Shown: positions 18,422 through 28,644 of the stretch, piece by piece | Layout of the letters: every line of letters starts with the position of its first letter | Position numbering within the stretch: position 1 is the stretch's first letter | Assembly (NCBI GenBank): GCA_902384455.1 | Contig: CABMCB010000011.1 | Coordinates: 1-64,000 of the forward strand | Origin: an uncultured archaeon | GTDB lineage: Archaea; Altiarchaeota; Altiarchaeia; IMC4; SCGC-AAA252-I15 | Length of the DNA stretch: 64,000 nt | Direction: 5' to 3' | The notes under the pieces: model-generated | The model's database searches: none | Told to the model about the DNA's origin: nothing | The model's input: only the letters and a program-made list of their open reading frames with translations | Made by a program: the position numbers and the translations under genes

Positions 18422-19990
18422 ATGAGTGAAACAGTAGAAGACGCAGGCGGCCACCATCATAAGGCGCTTCACGCTACTCCGCTGCGCTCTGTGATGCTCA
18501 AATCCAGCATCTGGATGCTGGTCGGACTCTTTTTCACACGATTCTTGGGTTACGTATTCAACAGCTTACTTACCAAAAGCTTCAGCGAAGCAGAATACGG
18601 ATTTTACTCTCTCCTTTGGAATGCCCCAATGTTTGTGGCCACCGTCGCCTTAGTCAGCGTCGGAGCGGCAGTCGAAAGGTACACCGCCTACTACCGAGGA
18701 CTAAACAAGAACGACGAGGCGGCTTCGGCGGCAGCCACAGGATTCGCCATAAACCTCATCCTAACGTTAGCTGTGATAGCGGTATTCGCACTAGCTTATG
18801 CGACTGGAACCGTATCACTCACACCCCTCGAAGCTGTGGTCGCAGCCGTATTCTTCATCGCCCAAGGCCTGAACCTCTGGATGAACGGCGTACTGACAGG
18901 ATACCGCCGCCCGGAACGCACAGTACTATACAACTTCCTCCACTACGCAATAAGAGTCCTTCTTGTCGCCTCAGTAATCGCGATAGGCCTGCCCTTCGAA
19001 TGGGCGCTTACTGTGATGGCGGCGGCATTCGCAGTGACCGTTTTCATCGGCGTTGTTGACGCTTTTGGGTCGGTTTATAGGGGCGCGTTTAACAGGGGTC
19101 TTTCGTCTGAGCTTATTCGTTTCGGCGGGGCGGTGACTGCGGTTGTGGCTGCGGACAATGTGCTTTCGTGGGCGGACATTTTCATAATAAAGGTTTTCAT
19201 GACTTCGGCGGACGTGGGGATATACTGGGGCGTGTGGATTCTCGCTTCCATACTTTGGACTCCGCTCCTTGCTATATCTCTCATATACAGTCCGATAGCC
19301 ACGGAACTGCTCGGAAGCAAAGCCCACTTGCGCCTAAGCAAACTCACTGTGTATCTGACAGATAGGTACGTGCTGCTTTTTACTCCGGCCGCGTTCTTCC
19401 TGGCTTTGTGGGCGCCTCAGCTGTTGCGTTTTGTTTACACCGGCGCTTACGCTGAGGCATCCAACGTGATGGTCATTCTCGTTGTGGGGGTGTGGATTGT
19501 AGGGTTCTCTCGGGTATTCAGGCAGATTATCACATCCTCCGGAAAGCCGAAGGCGGAGGCGGGGATTATTATTGCTGCGGCGGCCATCAAGGTCGTGTTG
19601 AATGTGTTGCTTATTCCTGCTTTCGGGCTTATGGGGGCGGCTTACGCGACGCTCATCGCTTCGTCGTGGATTGCCTTTAAGTCGTATGGTTACGCAAGGA
19701 ATGTGGTTGAGATTCCTTTGTCTTTTGCTACAACGGCTAGAAATCTTTTTGCGTGCGCTTTAGGCGCAGTTCCGGCAGCTTACGCAGTGTATTTCATATG
19801 GGGTTACTTGGGTCTGGCTCTTTCGGCCGTCATTTTCGCGGTAGTCTGGTTTGCGGCTGTGATGCTCCTTAAACTCCTTACGGCGCAGGACGTCGACGCG
19901 GCAGAGAGCATGTTGGCTAAGGCGCGTTTAGGCGAGGGCGTACGAGGAAGCATTAAGGATTTCCTCTTTTTGGGAGTGCGCGGCAACTGA
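18422..19990 (+). CDS. Wzx/MOP-superfamily oligosaccharide flippase
   Basis: About 14 TMs; EYGFYSL, VGIY, LNVLLIPAFGLMGAAYAT. Confidence 0.85.
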   Translation: MSETVEDAGGHHHKALHATPLRSVMLKSSIWMLVGLFFTRFLGYVFNSLLTKSFSEAEYGFYSLLWNAPMFVATVALVSVGAAVERYTAYYRGLNKNDEAASAAATGFAINLILTLAVIAVFALAYATGTVSLTPLEAVVAAVFFIAQGLNLWMNGVLTGYRRPERTVLYNFLHYAIRVLLVASVIAIGLPFEWALTVMAAAFAVTVFIGVVDAFGSVYRGAFNRGLSSELIRFGGAVTAVVAADNVLSWADIFIIKVFMTSADVGIYWGVWILASILWTPLLAISLIYSPIATELLGSKAHLRLSKLTVYLTDRYVLLFTPAAFFLALWAPQLLRFVYTGAYAEASNVMVILVVGVWIVGFSRVFRQIITSSGKPKAEAGIIIAAAAIKVVLNVLLIPAFGLMGAAYATLIASSWIAFKSYGYARNVVEIPLSFATTARNLFACALGAVPAAYAVYFIWGYLGLALSAVIFAVVWFAAVMLLKLLTAQDVDAAESMLAKARLGEGVRGSIKDFLFLGVRGN

Positions 19991-20020
19991 TTATTAAGAT
20001 TCCGCGCGAAGTTATGTTGT

Positions 20021-20386
20021 ATGGCTGACGCGGGCAAGACGAGTGTGGCCGCAATGCTCCTCGTTGTGGCGTGCACTTTGTTTACCACCACCGGCCAGCT
20101 TATGATTAAGGCGGGGATGAACAGGTTCTCTTTGACTGTTCCCGGAACGATTCTGAACCTTCCTCTTGTCGGAGGACAACTAATCTACGCCTTTTCCGCC
20201 ATCCTGCTTGTGGCCGCACTGGGACGGGGGGAGCTGTCTGTGCTTTATCCCATTTTTGCCACAGGGTACGTGTGGGTTACTCTTCTTTCGACGGTTTTCC
20301 TTGGAGAATCGTTTGGGATTTTGCGTTGGGCTGGCGTTGGTTTCGTGTTGATTGGCGTTAGTTTGCTTGGGAGGGGGCAGAAGTGA
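20021..20386 (+). CDS. SMR/EamA-family small transporter
   Basis: 4 TMs; GELSVLYPI, FLGE..G. Confidence 0.8.
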   Translation: MADAGKTSVAAMLLVVACTLFTTTGQLMIKAGMNRFSLTVPGTILNLPLVGGQLIYAFSAILLVAALGRGELSVLYPIFATGYVWVTLLSTVFLGESFGILRWAGVGFVLIGVSLLGRGQK

Positions 20387-20736
20387 CGACCCAATTTATT
20401 GGCGTAGGGCTAATTCTGGTGGCCTCGGTTTTTGCGGCGTATGGGGCGTTGTCTTTGAAGCGTGGCTCTGAGGCGCTGAAGAAGGGTTTTATTTCGCTGA
20501 TTAGAGATGGGAATTTCCTTGTTGGAGTGCTGTTTTACGGAGTAAGCACCGTATTTTATCTTTCGGGGTTGAGGTTCGGCGACCTGTCTATGCTTTACCC
20601 GGTGTCTTCTACAAGCTACATCTGGGTTTCATTTTTGTCCGTCCGCCACCTCAACGAGAAGATGAACAACTACAAGTGGGCCGCAATCGTGTTCATTCTT
20701 TTGGGCGTGTCGCTTATCGGCTTAAGCGGCAGATGA
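20383..20736 (+). CDS. SMR/EamA-family small transporter (second subunit)
   Basis: 4 TMs; GDLSMLYPV, LNEK; overlaps the previous stop. Confidence 0.8.
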   Translation: MTTQFIGVGLILVASVFAAYGALSLKRGSEALKKGFISLIRDGNFLVGVLFYGVSTVFYLSGLRFGDLSMLYPVSSTSYIWVSFLSVRHLNEKMNNYKWAAIVFILLGVSLIGLSGR

Positions 20737-20749
20737 ATCTGAGCGGGCG

Positions 20750-21763
20750 CTACGTGTCTTTTTGGGGGTCTGAGAAGGCGTCTGTGATAAGCGCTATTGC
20801 GGCTATGTAGGGTATGTAGTACCGGGTGTCTACGTATTGGGTGATCCAATAGAACCCTAAGAGCAGCAGAGTAAGCAGTATGTCGAATAGATGCGGCTTC
20901 TTCCGCATAAGGAACATGAGCACTGCAATTGGAGGCAAGTAGAATCCGAGCCTTAGCACCATCTCCTTTGTGGCCACGGGAATCTGGTGCAGCCAGAAGC
21001 TGGTGAATGTTGAGCCTTCGCCCGCATTCTGCATGAAGCTCCACGCGTACTTTTCCTTGAAAGAGCCTCCGCCTCCCGCAAACTGCAAGACTGCTAACAC
21101 AAGCAGAGGCGCCAAAATCTTGTACTGCCTCCTGCGTAACGAATCCAAAATGAAAACGAGCGTCAAAACAAGCGCCTGCTCGCGCAGGAAAGAGTAATAA
21201 GCGAGGAAAAAAAGGTACGACAAACTGCCTTTCCGATAGAGAACGTAAATCAAGAGGAAAACAAGCACCGAATACATGTCAGTGGCCACGGTAAGAGCAA
21301 TCCGAGTCCAAAGGAAATACACCGCCCCGACAGCCCCAGCCCACGGGGAAACAAACGCCAAAAGAGCCACAGCCAGAATGAAAGAGCCCACGTTCACAAA
21401 CAACATGAAATCCGGGTTATCAGACAACGCTACTATCCGCACATAAGCAGTCCTAGAAGAAAAAAAACGAATATTACTCTCACAGACATCCACAGTGATA
21501 TTAAACCTAGAATCAAGGCGCGGCCCAACCGTATCCACTGCGGCCTCGCAGTGATGCGGGTTGCCTTTCAACTGCTGCGCCAAAGCGTAGTATTCGAGGA
21601 AATCCGGCCCGTAAGGCCTTACTACCTGCGCGCGCAGAAGAACCGCAAGCAAAACCGCGGAGACTACGACTACCAAAGGCGCAATATAACGATGCTTAAG
21701 AGGATTACTAGTTTGCGCGTGCCCTTTGTTTTTGGTTTTGCCGCTTAATCTGTGAGAAGGCAT
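20750..21763 (-). CDS. Polytopic membrane protein, GT-C-like
   Basis: PDFLEY loop after TM1, TD and RE motifs, DTRYYIP; within glycosylation cluster. Confidence 0.5.
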   Translation of the reverse strand: MPSHRLSGKTKNKGHAQTSNPLKHRYIAPLVVVVSAVLLAVLLRAQVVRPYGPDFLEYYALAQQLKGNPHHCEAAVDTVGPRLDSRFNITVDVCESNIRFFSSRTAYVRIVALSDNPDFMLFVNVGSFILAVALLAFVSPWAGAVGAVYFLWTRIALTVATDMYSVLVFLLIYVLYRKGSLSYLFFLAYYSFLREQALVLTLVFILDSLRRRQYKILAPLLVLAVLQFAGGGGSFKEKYAWSFMQNAGEGSTFTSFWLHQIPVATKEMVLRLGFYLPPIAVLMFLMRKKPHLFDILLTLLLLGFYWITQYVDTRYYIPYIAAIALITDAFSDPQKDT

Positions 21764-21894
21764 TTTGAGGAATCGTACTTCGCCCGCTTACGTAAGTATC
21801 TGAGCCCGATAAAAAAAAGATTAGCCGCAACTGTATCAAACACCCGGCGCACGTTAAAAGGCCGATTAACGTAATTAGTAGGGGACGACATACC

Positions 21895-23022
21895 ATGAAG
21901 ATAGGCCTGACTTCAATAGTCCTTAACAAGAGGGGCGGAATCGCAAGGTACGTGGTCGAGCTCGCTGAACGCTTCGTTAAGGAAAACGAAGTCCACATAA
22001 TAACTTCTAGAGTAGAACACCCGGTTCAAGGCGCAATAATACACCAAGAAAATATCATCTGGAACCCCATCTCAGCCCAGGTGGCTTCGGCCGCTATAAG
22101 AAACACTTTGGCTGCGAACCGGCTGAAGAAGGCGGATGTAATCGATTTTATTCATGGGCAGGGGGCTGAGGTTGTTTCTCCTGATGTGATTACGGCGCAC
22201 AGCTGCCATAAGGCGGCGGTTGAGCAGTTCAAGAGGGAGAGGGGGCTGAAGTACCGGCTGATGAAGCCTTTTGAGCCCAGAAGCGGAGTGGTCCTTGCTA
22301 TAGAGAGGCGTAATTTCACCGCGAGGAAATTCAAGAAGGCGATAGCCAACTCCCACAACGTCAAAGACGACCTGATGAAGTATTACCGCGTGCCTGAGGA
22401 AGACATCCGGGTCATATACAGCGGAGTAGACACCCAAGAGTTTAACCCCGCGAAAAAGGCGGGAAGAGACAAAATTAGAGAAGAGATAGGAATCAGACCA
22501 GAAGACAAAGTGGCCGTATTCTCAGGCTGGGAATTCAAGAGGAAGGGATTGATGCAGATAGTCAAGGCGATGCCTGAGATGAAAGGCGTAAGCGTGCTCG
22601 TCTTGGGCAAAGACGACCCCGAACCCTACCGCGCAGAAGCCAGAAAACTTGGCGTCGCAAACAAACTATTCTTCACGGGATTCGTGGACAACATAAGCGA
22701 CTACTACGCAGCAGCAGACTTAATGGTTTTCCCCACCGCATACGAGCCTTTCGGCCTCGTGATTATCGAGGCGATGGCTACCGGCTTGCCTGTGGTGACA
22801 AGCAGGTCTGCGGGGGCGGCGGAGATAATTGAGGACGGTAAGGATGGGATTCTTATTGACGACCCGCATAGTTCCAGGGAGATTGCGGAGAAAGTCAATT
22901 ACATCATCGACAACGACCTTTTTGACAGCATAGGCGCTAAGGCGTGCGTTAAGGCGAACGTGTGCTCTTGGGACAATATTGCCAGGCAGACTATGGACGT
23001 CTACAAGGAGATCCTGCAGTAG
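21895..23022 (+). CDS. Glycosyltransferase family 4
   Basis: GGIARY, KRKG, YEPFGLVIIEAMATGLPV. Confidence 0.9.
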   Translation: MKIGLTSIVLNKRGGIARYVVELAERFVKENEVHIITSRVEHPVQGAIIHQENIIWNPISAQVASAAIRNTLAANRLKKADVIDFIHGQGAEVVSPDVITAHSCHKAAVEQFKRERGLKYRLMKPFEPRSGVVLAIERRNFTARKFKKAIANSHNVKDDLMKYYRVPEEDIRVIYSGVDTQEFNPAKKAGRDKIREEIGIRPEDKVAVFSGWEFKRKGLMQIVKAMPEMKGVSVLVLGKDDPEPYRAEARKLGVANKLFFTGFVDNISDYYAAADLMVFPTAYEPFGLVIIEAMATGLPVVTSRSAGAAEIIEDGKDGILIDDPHSSREIAEKVNYIIDNDLFDSIGAKACVKANVCSWDNIARQTMDVYKEILQ

Positions 23023-23023
23023 A

Positions 23024-23884
23024 CTATTTGTATGCTATGATGAGGCGGTTTTCGCTCACCGAGCCGTCCTCCATCTTCTTGTCGGGCTCATGGATAGTCT
23101 TAAAACCGTTATTGCCGAAGAAGGTGAGTAATGCGTCTGCGTTGTATTCTTCCCTAAAAGGGACGTTGTGGTACTCCAAGGCGACCTTCTTTATTTTATC
23201 CAGAATGGGCTTCGGCAGGCTAAAGAGGATGTCGTATTCTCCGCCTTCAATGTCGATCTTCATGAAGTCCACAGACGCAATCTTATTTTCTTTCATGAAA
23301 TTTTCCAAAGAGACGCACGCCACCTTAACCGCCTTCCCCACCGGCTTAGTCGTGGAAGAAACACCTCCGTCTTCCACGTCAACAAACAAGTCTATAGTAC
23401 CATCAGAAACCGAAACCGCCTTGTTGATAGGATGAATAACCCCCTTGACCAAATTCTTATTCAACTCTATGTTCTCAAGAAACATGCCGAAGTTCTCCGG
23501 CTGAGGCTCAAAAGAATAAACGTCGCACCTTACCATAGATGCCGCCAAGTTGGAGAACACACCAATGTTAGCGCCCAAATCGAAAACCACCGAACCGTCC
23601 CTTATGTCTCCAGCCTCAACATGATATACGTTCTCACTCCAGACTTCCTTTATCACTATTCCGTCGCCGTCAGACGTGGAGTTCCTCGCCTTGAAACTAA
23701 AACCACCCGGAAGAGAAACAACCCTAAAACTCCTCTTCATCAAACCCAACTTAAGCCCCCAAAAACGGACGACATTCGAGGCCTTACGTTTGATGAACCG
23801 AAGAGTCTTGCCGGGATTCTTGAGAACAAAAACGATTTTGTTTGCCATAAGTCTCACGGTAGTTGGAATAAGTTTTGCCCTCAT
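23024..23884 (-). CDS. FkbM-family methyltransferase
   Basis: FDLGANIG, FEP, KIDIEGGE. Confidence 0.88.
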   Translation of the reverse strand: MRAKLIPTTVRLMANKIVFVLKNPGKTLRFIKRKASNVVRFWGLKLGLMKRSFRVVSLPGGFSFKARNSTSDGDGIVIKEVWSENVYHVEAGDIRDGSVVFDLGANIGVFSNLAASMVRCDVYSFEPQPENFGMFLENIELNKNLVKGVIHPINKAVSVSDGTIDLFVDVEDGGVSSTTKPVGKAVKVACVSLENFMKENKIASVDFMKIDIEGGEYDILFSLPKPILDKIKKVALEYHNVPFREEYNADALLTFFGNNGFKTIHEPDKKMEDGSVSENRLIIAYK

Positions 23885-23903
23885 CGGTTAAAAAAAGAAA
23901 AAG

Positions 23904-24920
23904 CTACTCAGCGACTTCCCATGTCTCAAGCCCGTGCATGTCGAAGCTGAATTTCACCGGCTTGGCGCCCGCCTTAGCAAGCGCCGCCTCCACCTTATGC
24001 TCTGTGTTTGGCTCGCAGTAGAAAAACATGTGGCCCCCTCCTCCTGCGCCCGTTATTTTTCCGCCTATCGCCCCGTTTTCGCGGGCTGCTTTGTATAGTT
24101 TGTCTATGAAGGGTGTGGTCATCAGCGGGCTGAATTTCTTTTTTGTCAGCCATCCTTGGTGCAGCAATTCTCCAAAGTAGTTGAAGTCTCCGCGCACCAG
24201 CGCCTGCTTTACTTCCTGAGCCAATGCCTTAGTCTCTTCGAGTGCGTCCACCACGTCCCTGTCGCGTCTGACGTAGCTTTTGGTCTGGTTGGCGATTATG
24301 TCGCCGCTTTTTTCGCGCTCCTGCGCGTGCACCAAAACGATGTTTTTCTCCAACTCCAAGAGGTTGTCGCGCCTTATGCGCAAAGGATTGATTCGGACGA
24401 AATCGTTGCCCTTAAACTCCATGTAATTCAGTCCGCCAAAAACAGCCGCATACTGGTCCTGGCGGCCGCCGAGGTTATGCAGTTCTTCGCGCTCCAGCTT
24501 GAATGCGAGTTCGGCTATTTCGTAGTTTGTTATGCGCCTGTCGCTTAGCGCGTGGTTGAAGAGTCCTATTGCCGCGACGAACGCTGAGGCTGAGCTTCCC
24601 AGTCCGCTTCTAGGGGGGACATCGCTTCGCAGGTAGAGGTTTACTCCGTTTATGGGTTTGAAGTGTTTGGTTACGGCTTTGAGCAGGTCGAGGTTTCCGT
24701 CGTAGCGCAAATCCTTGAGGCGTTTGTACTTTATTTCTGCGTTGTAGTCGTCGCTTCTGAGGCTGACTCCTGCGTCGGGCCTAAACGATAATGTTCCCCA
24801 AGCGTACTTGTTGATTGTGACGTTGACTACGCACCCGCCGTGCTCTTCGGTGAATGGGCTAACGTCCGTTCCGCCTCCCGCAAAACTTATTCTTACTGGA
24901 GCCCTGCTTCGGATAATCAT
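23904..24920 (-). CDS. hddA: GHMP kinase, D-glycero-alpha-D-manno-heptose-7-phosphate kinase-like
   Basis: RAPVRISFAGGGTD, PPRSGLGSS, GGRQDQY, GGKITGAGGGG. Confidence 0.8.
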   Translation of the reverse strand: MIIRSRAPVRISFAGGGTDVSPFTEEHGGCVVNVTINKYAWGTLSFRPDAGVSLRSDDYNAEIKYKRLKDLRYDGNLDLLKAVTKHFKPINGVNLYLRSDVPPRSGLGSSASAFVAAIGLFNHALSDRRITNYEIAELAFKLEREELHNLGGRQDQYAAVFGGLNYMEFKGNDFVRINPLRIRRDNLLELEKNIVLVHAQEREKSGDIIANQTKSYVRRDRDVVDALEETKALAQEVKQALVRGDFNYFGELLHQGWLTKKKFSPLMTTPFIDKLYKAARENGAIGGKITGAGGGGHMFFYCEPNTEHKVEAALAKAGAKPVKFSFDMHGLETWEVAE

Positions 24921-24926
24921 CGTAAG

Positions 24927-26063
24927 TTAGTTTTGAGAGGAAACGGACTTATATACTTCCCTGATTTTCTCTGAGACGACGTCCATCGTAAAGTTTTCTT
25001 TGACCCGCACAACACCTCTTTCAGAAAGTTTCTTGCGCAGGACGTCGTCCGTCAAAAGGCGCTTCAACGCCAATGAAAACGCTGATGAATCGTTCACCGG
25101 AACAACCAATCCGGCATCGCCCACTACATGCGACGGCCCTGAAAAATTGGTGGTCACGCACGGGATCCCGCACGCCATTGATTCAACAAGGACTAATCCG
25201 AAAGCTTCCTGGCGGCTGACGCTGGAGAGAGCAAATACGCGGGCTGCGCGGTAGTAGGTGGGCAAATCTTTTGGGGACACTTTCCCGGCGAAAACTACGT
25301 CAGAAACCCCTAATTGGGCGACCTGCTTTTCAAGGTCGGCAAGAAGCGGGCCTTCCCCGACGATTATTAGGGCGGCGTCAGGCACTTCTTTTTTGAGGGT
25401 GGCGTATGAGTTCAGGAGAACCGGCAGTCCCTTGTATCCTATGAGCCGGCCTACGAAGAGGATTATTTTTTTGCCGGCTATTTTGTGGCGGGCGGCTATG
25501 TCTGGGTCGCCTTTTGCTTTGGCTGTAAATAGTGCGGGGTCTATGAAGCTGGGCGCCTCCACGACTTTGCCCAGATAGTTTTTGAGCACGGGAGACTCTT
25601 TGGCGTACTCCTGCGTGGTCGCGAAAATTTTGACCGCGCGCCTAAGAGCGGCCTTAAGCAGCAGATTGTACGCGGCCATCGGCAGCGCGTATATTGCGCT
25701 TGTTCTTATTGCGTCTGCGTGGTATGTGACTACAAGGGGTTTTTGGCGAAGATAGCTTGCCGCGCACGCAAAAAGCATGTTGGGGGGGTCAGGAAGGTTG
25801 ACGTCGATTAAGTCGTAATCGTCAGACATCAGGTGGAACAAAGTTCCCGGACACCATGGCGCAGAGAAGAAATTGATTAATGACTTGCTTCTGGCGACTT
25901 TGATGCCGTCCATGACTTCAGAAGAAGGAGACGACGACTCGGACGTAGTGTACACCGTAACGTCTTCTTCATGGGCGACAAGCCACTTGGACAAATCGTA
26001 AACCCGAGACTCCAACCCACCCCGATAAGGGGGAAAATGCTTGGACACTTGAGCTATCTTCAT
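24927..26063 (-). CDS. Glycosyltransferase family 4
   Basis: PPYRGGLE, FVGRLIGYKG, EAFGLVLVESMACG. Confidence 0.9.
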   Translation of the reverse strand: MKIAQVSKHFPPYRGGLESRVYDLSKWLVAHEEDVTVYTTSESSSPSSEVMDGIKVARSKSLINFFSAPWCPGTLFHLMSDDYDLIDVNLPDPPNMLFACAASYLRQKPLVVTYHADAIRTSAIYALPMAAYNLLLKAALRRAVKIFATTQEYAKESPVLKNYLGKVVEAPSFIDPALFTAKAKGDPDIAARHKIAGKKIILFVGRLIGYKGLPVLLNSYATLKKEVPDAALIIVGEGPLLADLEKQVAQLGVSDVVFAGKVSPKDLPTYYRAARVFALSSVSRQEAFGLVLVESMACGIPCVTTNFSGPSHVVGDAGLVVPVNDSSAFSLALKRLLTDDVLRKKLSERGVVRVKENFTMDVVSEKIREVYKSVSSQN

Positions 26064-26069
26064 GACGGC

Positions 26070-27059
26070 CTACCCCAAGTAACTGTAGACTGCAAACACA
26101 GCAAACACTACCTCGACGGCAAGCAGAACCAACACAAGCCTCAACTCAGTGATGCCTTTAGTCAAGTACATTATGAGGCGAGGAAGCCCATAAACTTCGG
26201 AAAAATTAGGGCAAAAAAGAACCATACCCTTACGCTCACACCAAGAAGGATGCTTAAACCTACCCCTAATCTTAAGAAACAACTCCCCGAAAAACGGGAG
26301 AATAAGAATGATGCCGACCTTCTCAATGTTACCGACGATTACCGCGGCCGCAAGAACCGCCCCTATAGTCAGAGTCCCTACGTCGCCTATGAAAATGCGC
26401 GCAGGATACCAGTTGTAACGCAAAAAGGCCAGCAATGCTCCGGCCATGGCGGCGGACAAAATGAAGGCTTCCACGCTTCCGGGGTAAGAACCTAAAGAAA
26501 GCGAATAAGAAACCAACGCAACTGATGAAAGCATTATGACGCCCAACCCCGCTTCAAGCCCGTTGAACCCCGCCAGAATGTTTGTGGCGTTGCTTGCGCC
26601 GGTTATGGCAAGGGGAATCAGCACAAGGACGTAGAATATTCCGAAGTCCACCGAACCGACAAAAGGAAGAGTCATCGTAGTCTCCCCCACCTTCAATGCG
26701 ACAAGAGGAAGCGCCGCAAAAATAGGGATAACCGCCTTCACTTCCTGCCGGATAAGAAGCAAGTCATCGACAATACCGATTAAAGCCGTAATCAAAACCG
26801 TCGAGAACGCAGCAAGAAGCGCAGGAAGAGAAAGCCGCAGAGGAATCACGTTGAAAGTAGACAAAGCCACCGCAATAAGAACTCCGACCAAAAAACCCGT
26901 GACGATAGCCAAACCCCCCATCTCAGGAACCGCAACATCACCATCCTTACAACGATCTTTCCCGCTAATACCCGCCGCCAAAAGCCGCGGCATCATCCAC
27001 GGTATAAGCAACCACGTCACCACAAAGGCGGCGGCCGGCACAGCAAGGAGTTCCAGCAT
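26070..27059 (-). CDS. aglH: UDP-GlcNAc:dolichyl-phosphate GlcNAc-1-phosphate transferase (AglH/Alg7, MraY family)
   Basis: VPEMGG, GIVDD, NATNILAGFNGLEAG, YPARIFIGDVG. Confidence 0.85.
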   Translation of the reverse strand: MLELLAVPAAAFVVTWLLIPWMMPRLLAAGISGKDRCKDGDVAVPEMGGLAIVTGFLVGVLIAVALSTFNVIPLRLSLPALLAAFSTVLITALIGIVDDLLLIRQEVKAVIPIFAALPLVALKVGETTMTLPFVGSVDFGIFYVLVLIPLAITGASNATNILAGFNGLEAGLGVIMLSSVALVSYSLSLGSYPGSVEAFILSAAMAGALLAFLRYNWYPARIFIGDVGTLTIGAVLAAAVIVGNIEKVGIILILPFFGELFLKIRGRFKHPSWCERKGMVLFCPNFSEVYGLPRLIMYLTKGITELRLVLVLLAVEVVFAVFAVYSYLG

Positions 27060-27163
27060 CTCGCAACGGATATGGGTTTTAGACAATAAAACAGGCATAA
27101 CCACCAAATCCAAGGGACGCCAAATATGTTTTTAATACTAAGATACCCTATTTCTTTGCTTGC

Positions 27164-27236
27164 GCGGCTGTAGTGTAGCCTGGTATCACTCGAGATTGCC
27201 AATCTTGCAACCCGGGTTCAAATCCCGGCAGCCGCA
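27164..27236 (+). tRNA. tRNA-Gly (GCC)
   Basis: Acceptor GCGGCTG/CAGCCGC, anticodon arm CGAGA-TTGCCAA-TCTTG, T arm CCGGG-TTCAAAT-CCCGG; CCA not encoded. Confidence 0.95.
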
Positions 27237-27340
27237 ACCGAAATAATCCCCCACCTCAGACGGAAATATCCGTCCTCTTCTTCGCTTTTTACCAACACAA
27301 CCATCCGGGACTTTTAAAGCAGACGATACAGTAACTTACC

Positions 27341-28369
27341 ATGCGAACAGCAATCAAAGTAGCAATAACACTGGGGATACTCGCCGTATTTCTCACCGGA
27401 ATAATAATCGGCTTAATGATCATCATCCAAAAAGAAACAGGAAAAAAGACAGAACCAACAAGACCCAAACAACTAAGCTTCACAGGCAACCCCAACGAAA
27501 CCGAAGAAACACCCGAACTAAACCTACCCCAAGAACCCCTTTTCCCATTCCTTGAAAGCCGCACCGTCATGGTCATACCCATCCGCGGCATGATAACATC
27601 CGAAGACTGCGGCGGAGACTTCATCTCAGGCACCCCAACATGCGCAAACCCCAGCTTCCTAAAAGAACGCCTCAAAGAAGCCTCAGACGACAACAACATA
27701 AAAGCAGTCGTACTAGACATAAACAGCGGCGGAGGCGAAGTAGTCGCAAGCAGAGAAATGATGCGCTCCGTACGAGACTTCGACAAACCAATAGTCGCCC
27801 GAATAGGCGAAATAGGAGCATCAGGCGCATACTACGTCGCCTCAGCATCAGACTACATCATAGCAGACGACGACTCAATAACAGGAAGCATCGGCGTAAT
27901 AATGGAAATACAACAATACTACGGCCTAATGGAAAAACTAGGCTTAAACGTAACAACAATAAAAGCGGGCAAAAACAAGGACAGCGGAAGCCCCTACCGC
28001 CCCATGGAACCAGAGGAAAAAGACAGATTCCAAAGCCTGCTCGACCAAGTACACCAAGACTTCATAAATGACGTAGCCCAAAACAGAGGACTAGACAAGG
28101 AACAAGTGACTAATCTGGCCACAGGCGACGTCTACTTAGGCAAAGAAGCAGTCGGATTAGGACTAGTTGACGGACTAGGCGGAATGGACGAAGCCACACT
28201 GAAGGCAGCCGAAATTGCGGGAATCGAGGGCCAGCCCGACGTTGTGGAGCGCCCAAACGACAAGCTTACTTTAGCGGACCTTCTTTCAAGCATGTCTGCG
28301 AACGCAGGCTACGGATTAGGACGCGCCTTGCTTGCGCAGGATACGTCGAAGGCCCAGCTGAAGGTTTAG
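27341..28369 (+). CDS. sppA: Signal peptide peptidase SppA (S49)
   Basis: INSGGG, GASGAYYVA, TGSIGV, KAGKNKD. Confidence 0.92.
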   Translation: MRTAIKVAITLGILAVFLTGIIIGLMIIIQKETGKKTEPTRPKQLSFTGNPNETEETPELNLPQEPLFPFLESRTVMVIPIRGMITSEDCGGDFISGTPTCANPSFLKERLKEASDDNNIKAVVLDINSGGGEVVASREMMRSVRDFDKPIVARIGEIGASGAYYVASASDYIIADDDSITGSIGVIMEIQQYYGLMEKLGLNVTTIKAGKNKDSGSPYRPMEPEEKDRFQSLLDQVHQDFINDVAQNRGLDKEQVTNLATGDVYLGKEAVGLGLVDGLGGMDEATLKAAEIAGIEGQPDVVERPNDKLTLADLLSSMSANAGYGLGRALLAQDTSKAQLKV

Positions 28370-28435
28370 AGGGCGGGTTTGCCTTGGCGGGTGCTGTTGC
28401 TGCGTTTTTAAACTCTGGGGGCATATTTGTTAGTC

Positions 28436-28630
28436 ATGGGTCGTATTAAAAGCCAGTACCTGAAGCGTGTGGCGGAGGAGCTTGTTGAGAAGTTTCCTCA
28501 GGATTTCACGAAGGATTTCCAGGGCAACAAGGTGAAGGTACAGGAGCACATCACTAAAGTGAATCCCCCAATTCGAAACAAGATTGCGGGGACTATAACG
28601 CGGATTGTGAAGAGGACTCCTGCCGCGTAA
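28436..28630 (+). CDS. rps17e: 30S ribosomal protein S17e
   Basis: MGRIK...FTKDFQGNK...RNKIAGTIT. Confidence 0.93.
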   Translation: MGRIKSQYLKRVAEELVEKFPQDFTKDFQGNKVKVQEHITKVNPPIRNKIAGTITRIVKRTPAA

Positions 28631-28644
28631 GGCAACACCTGTTT

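Noticed and set aside
23168-23950. 260-aa plus-strand ORF
   Set aside because: Antisense shadow of the FkbM methyltransferase
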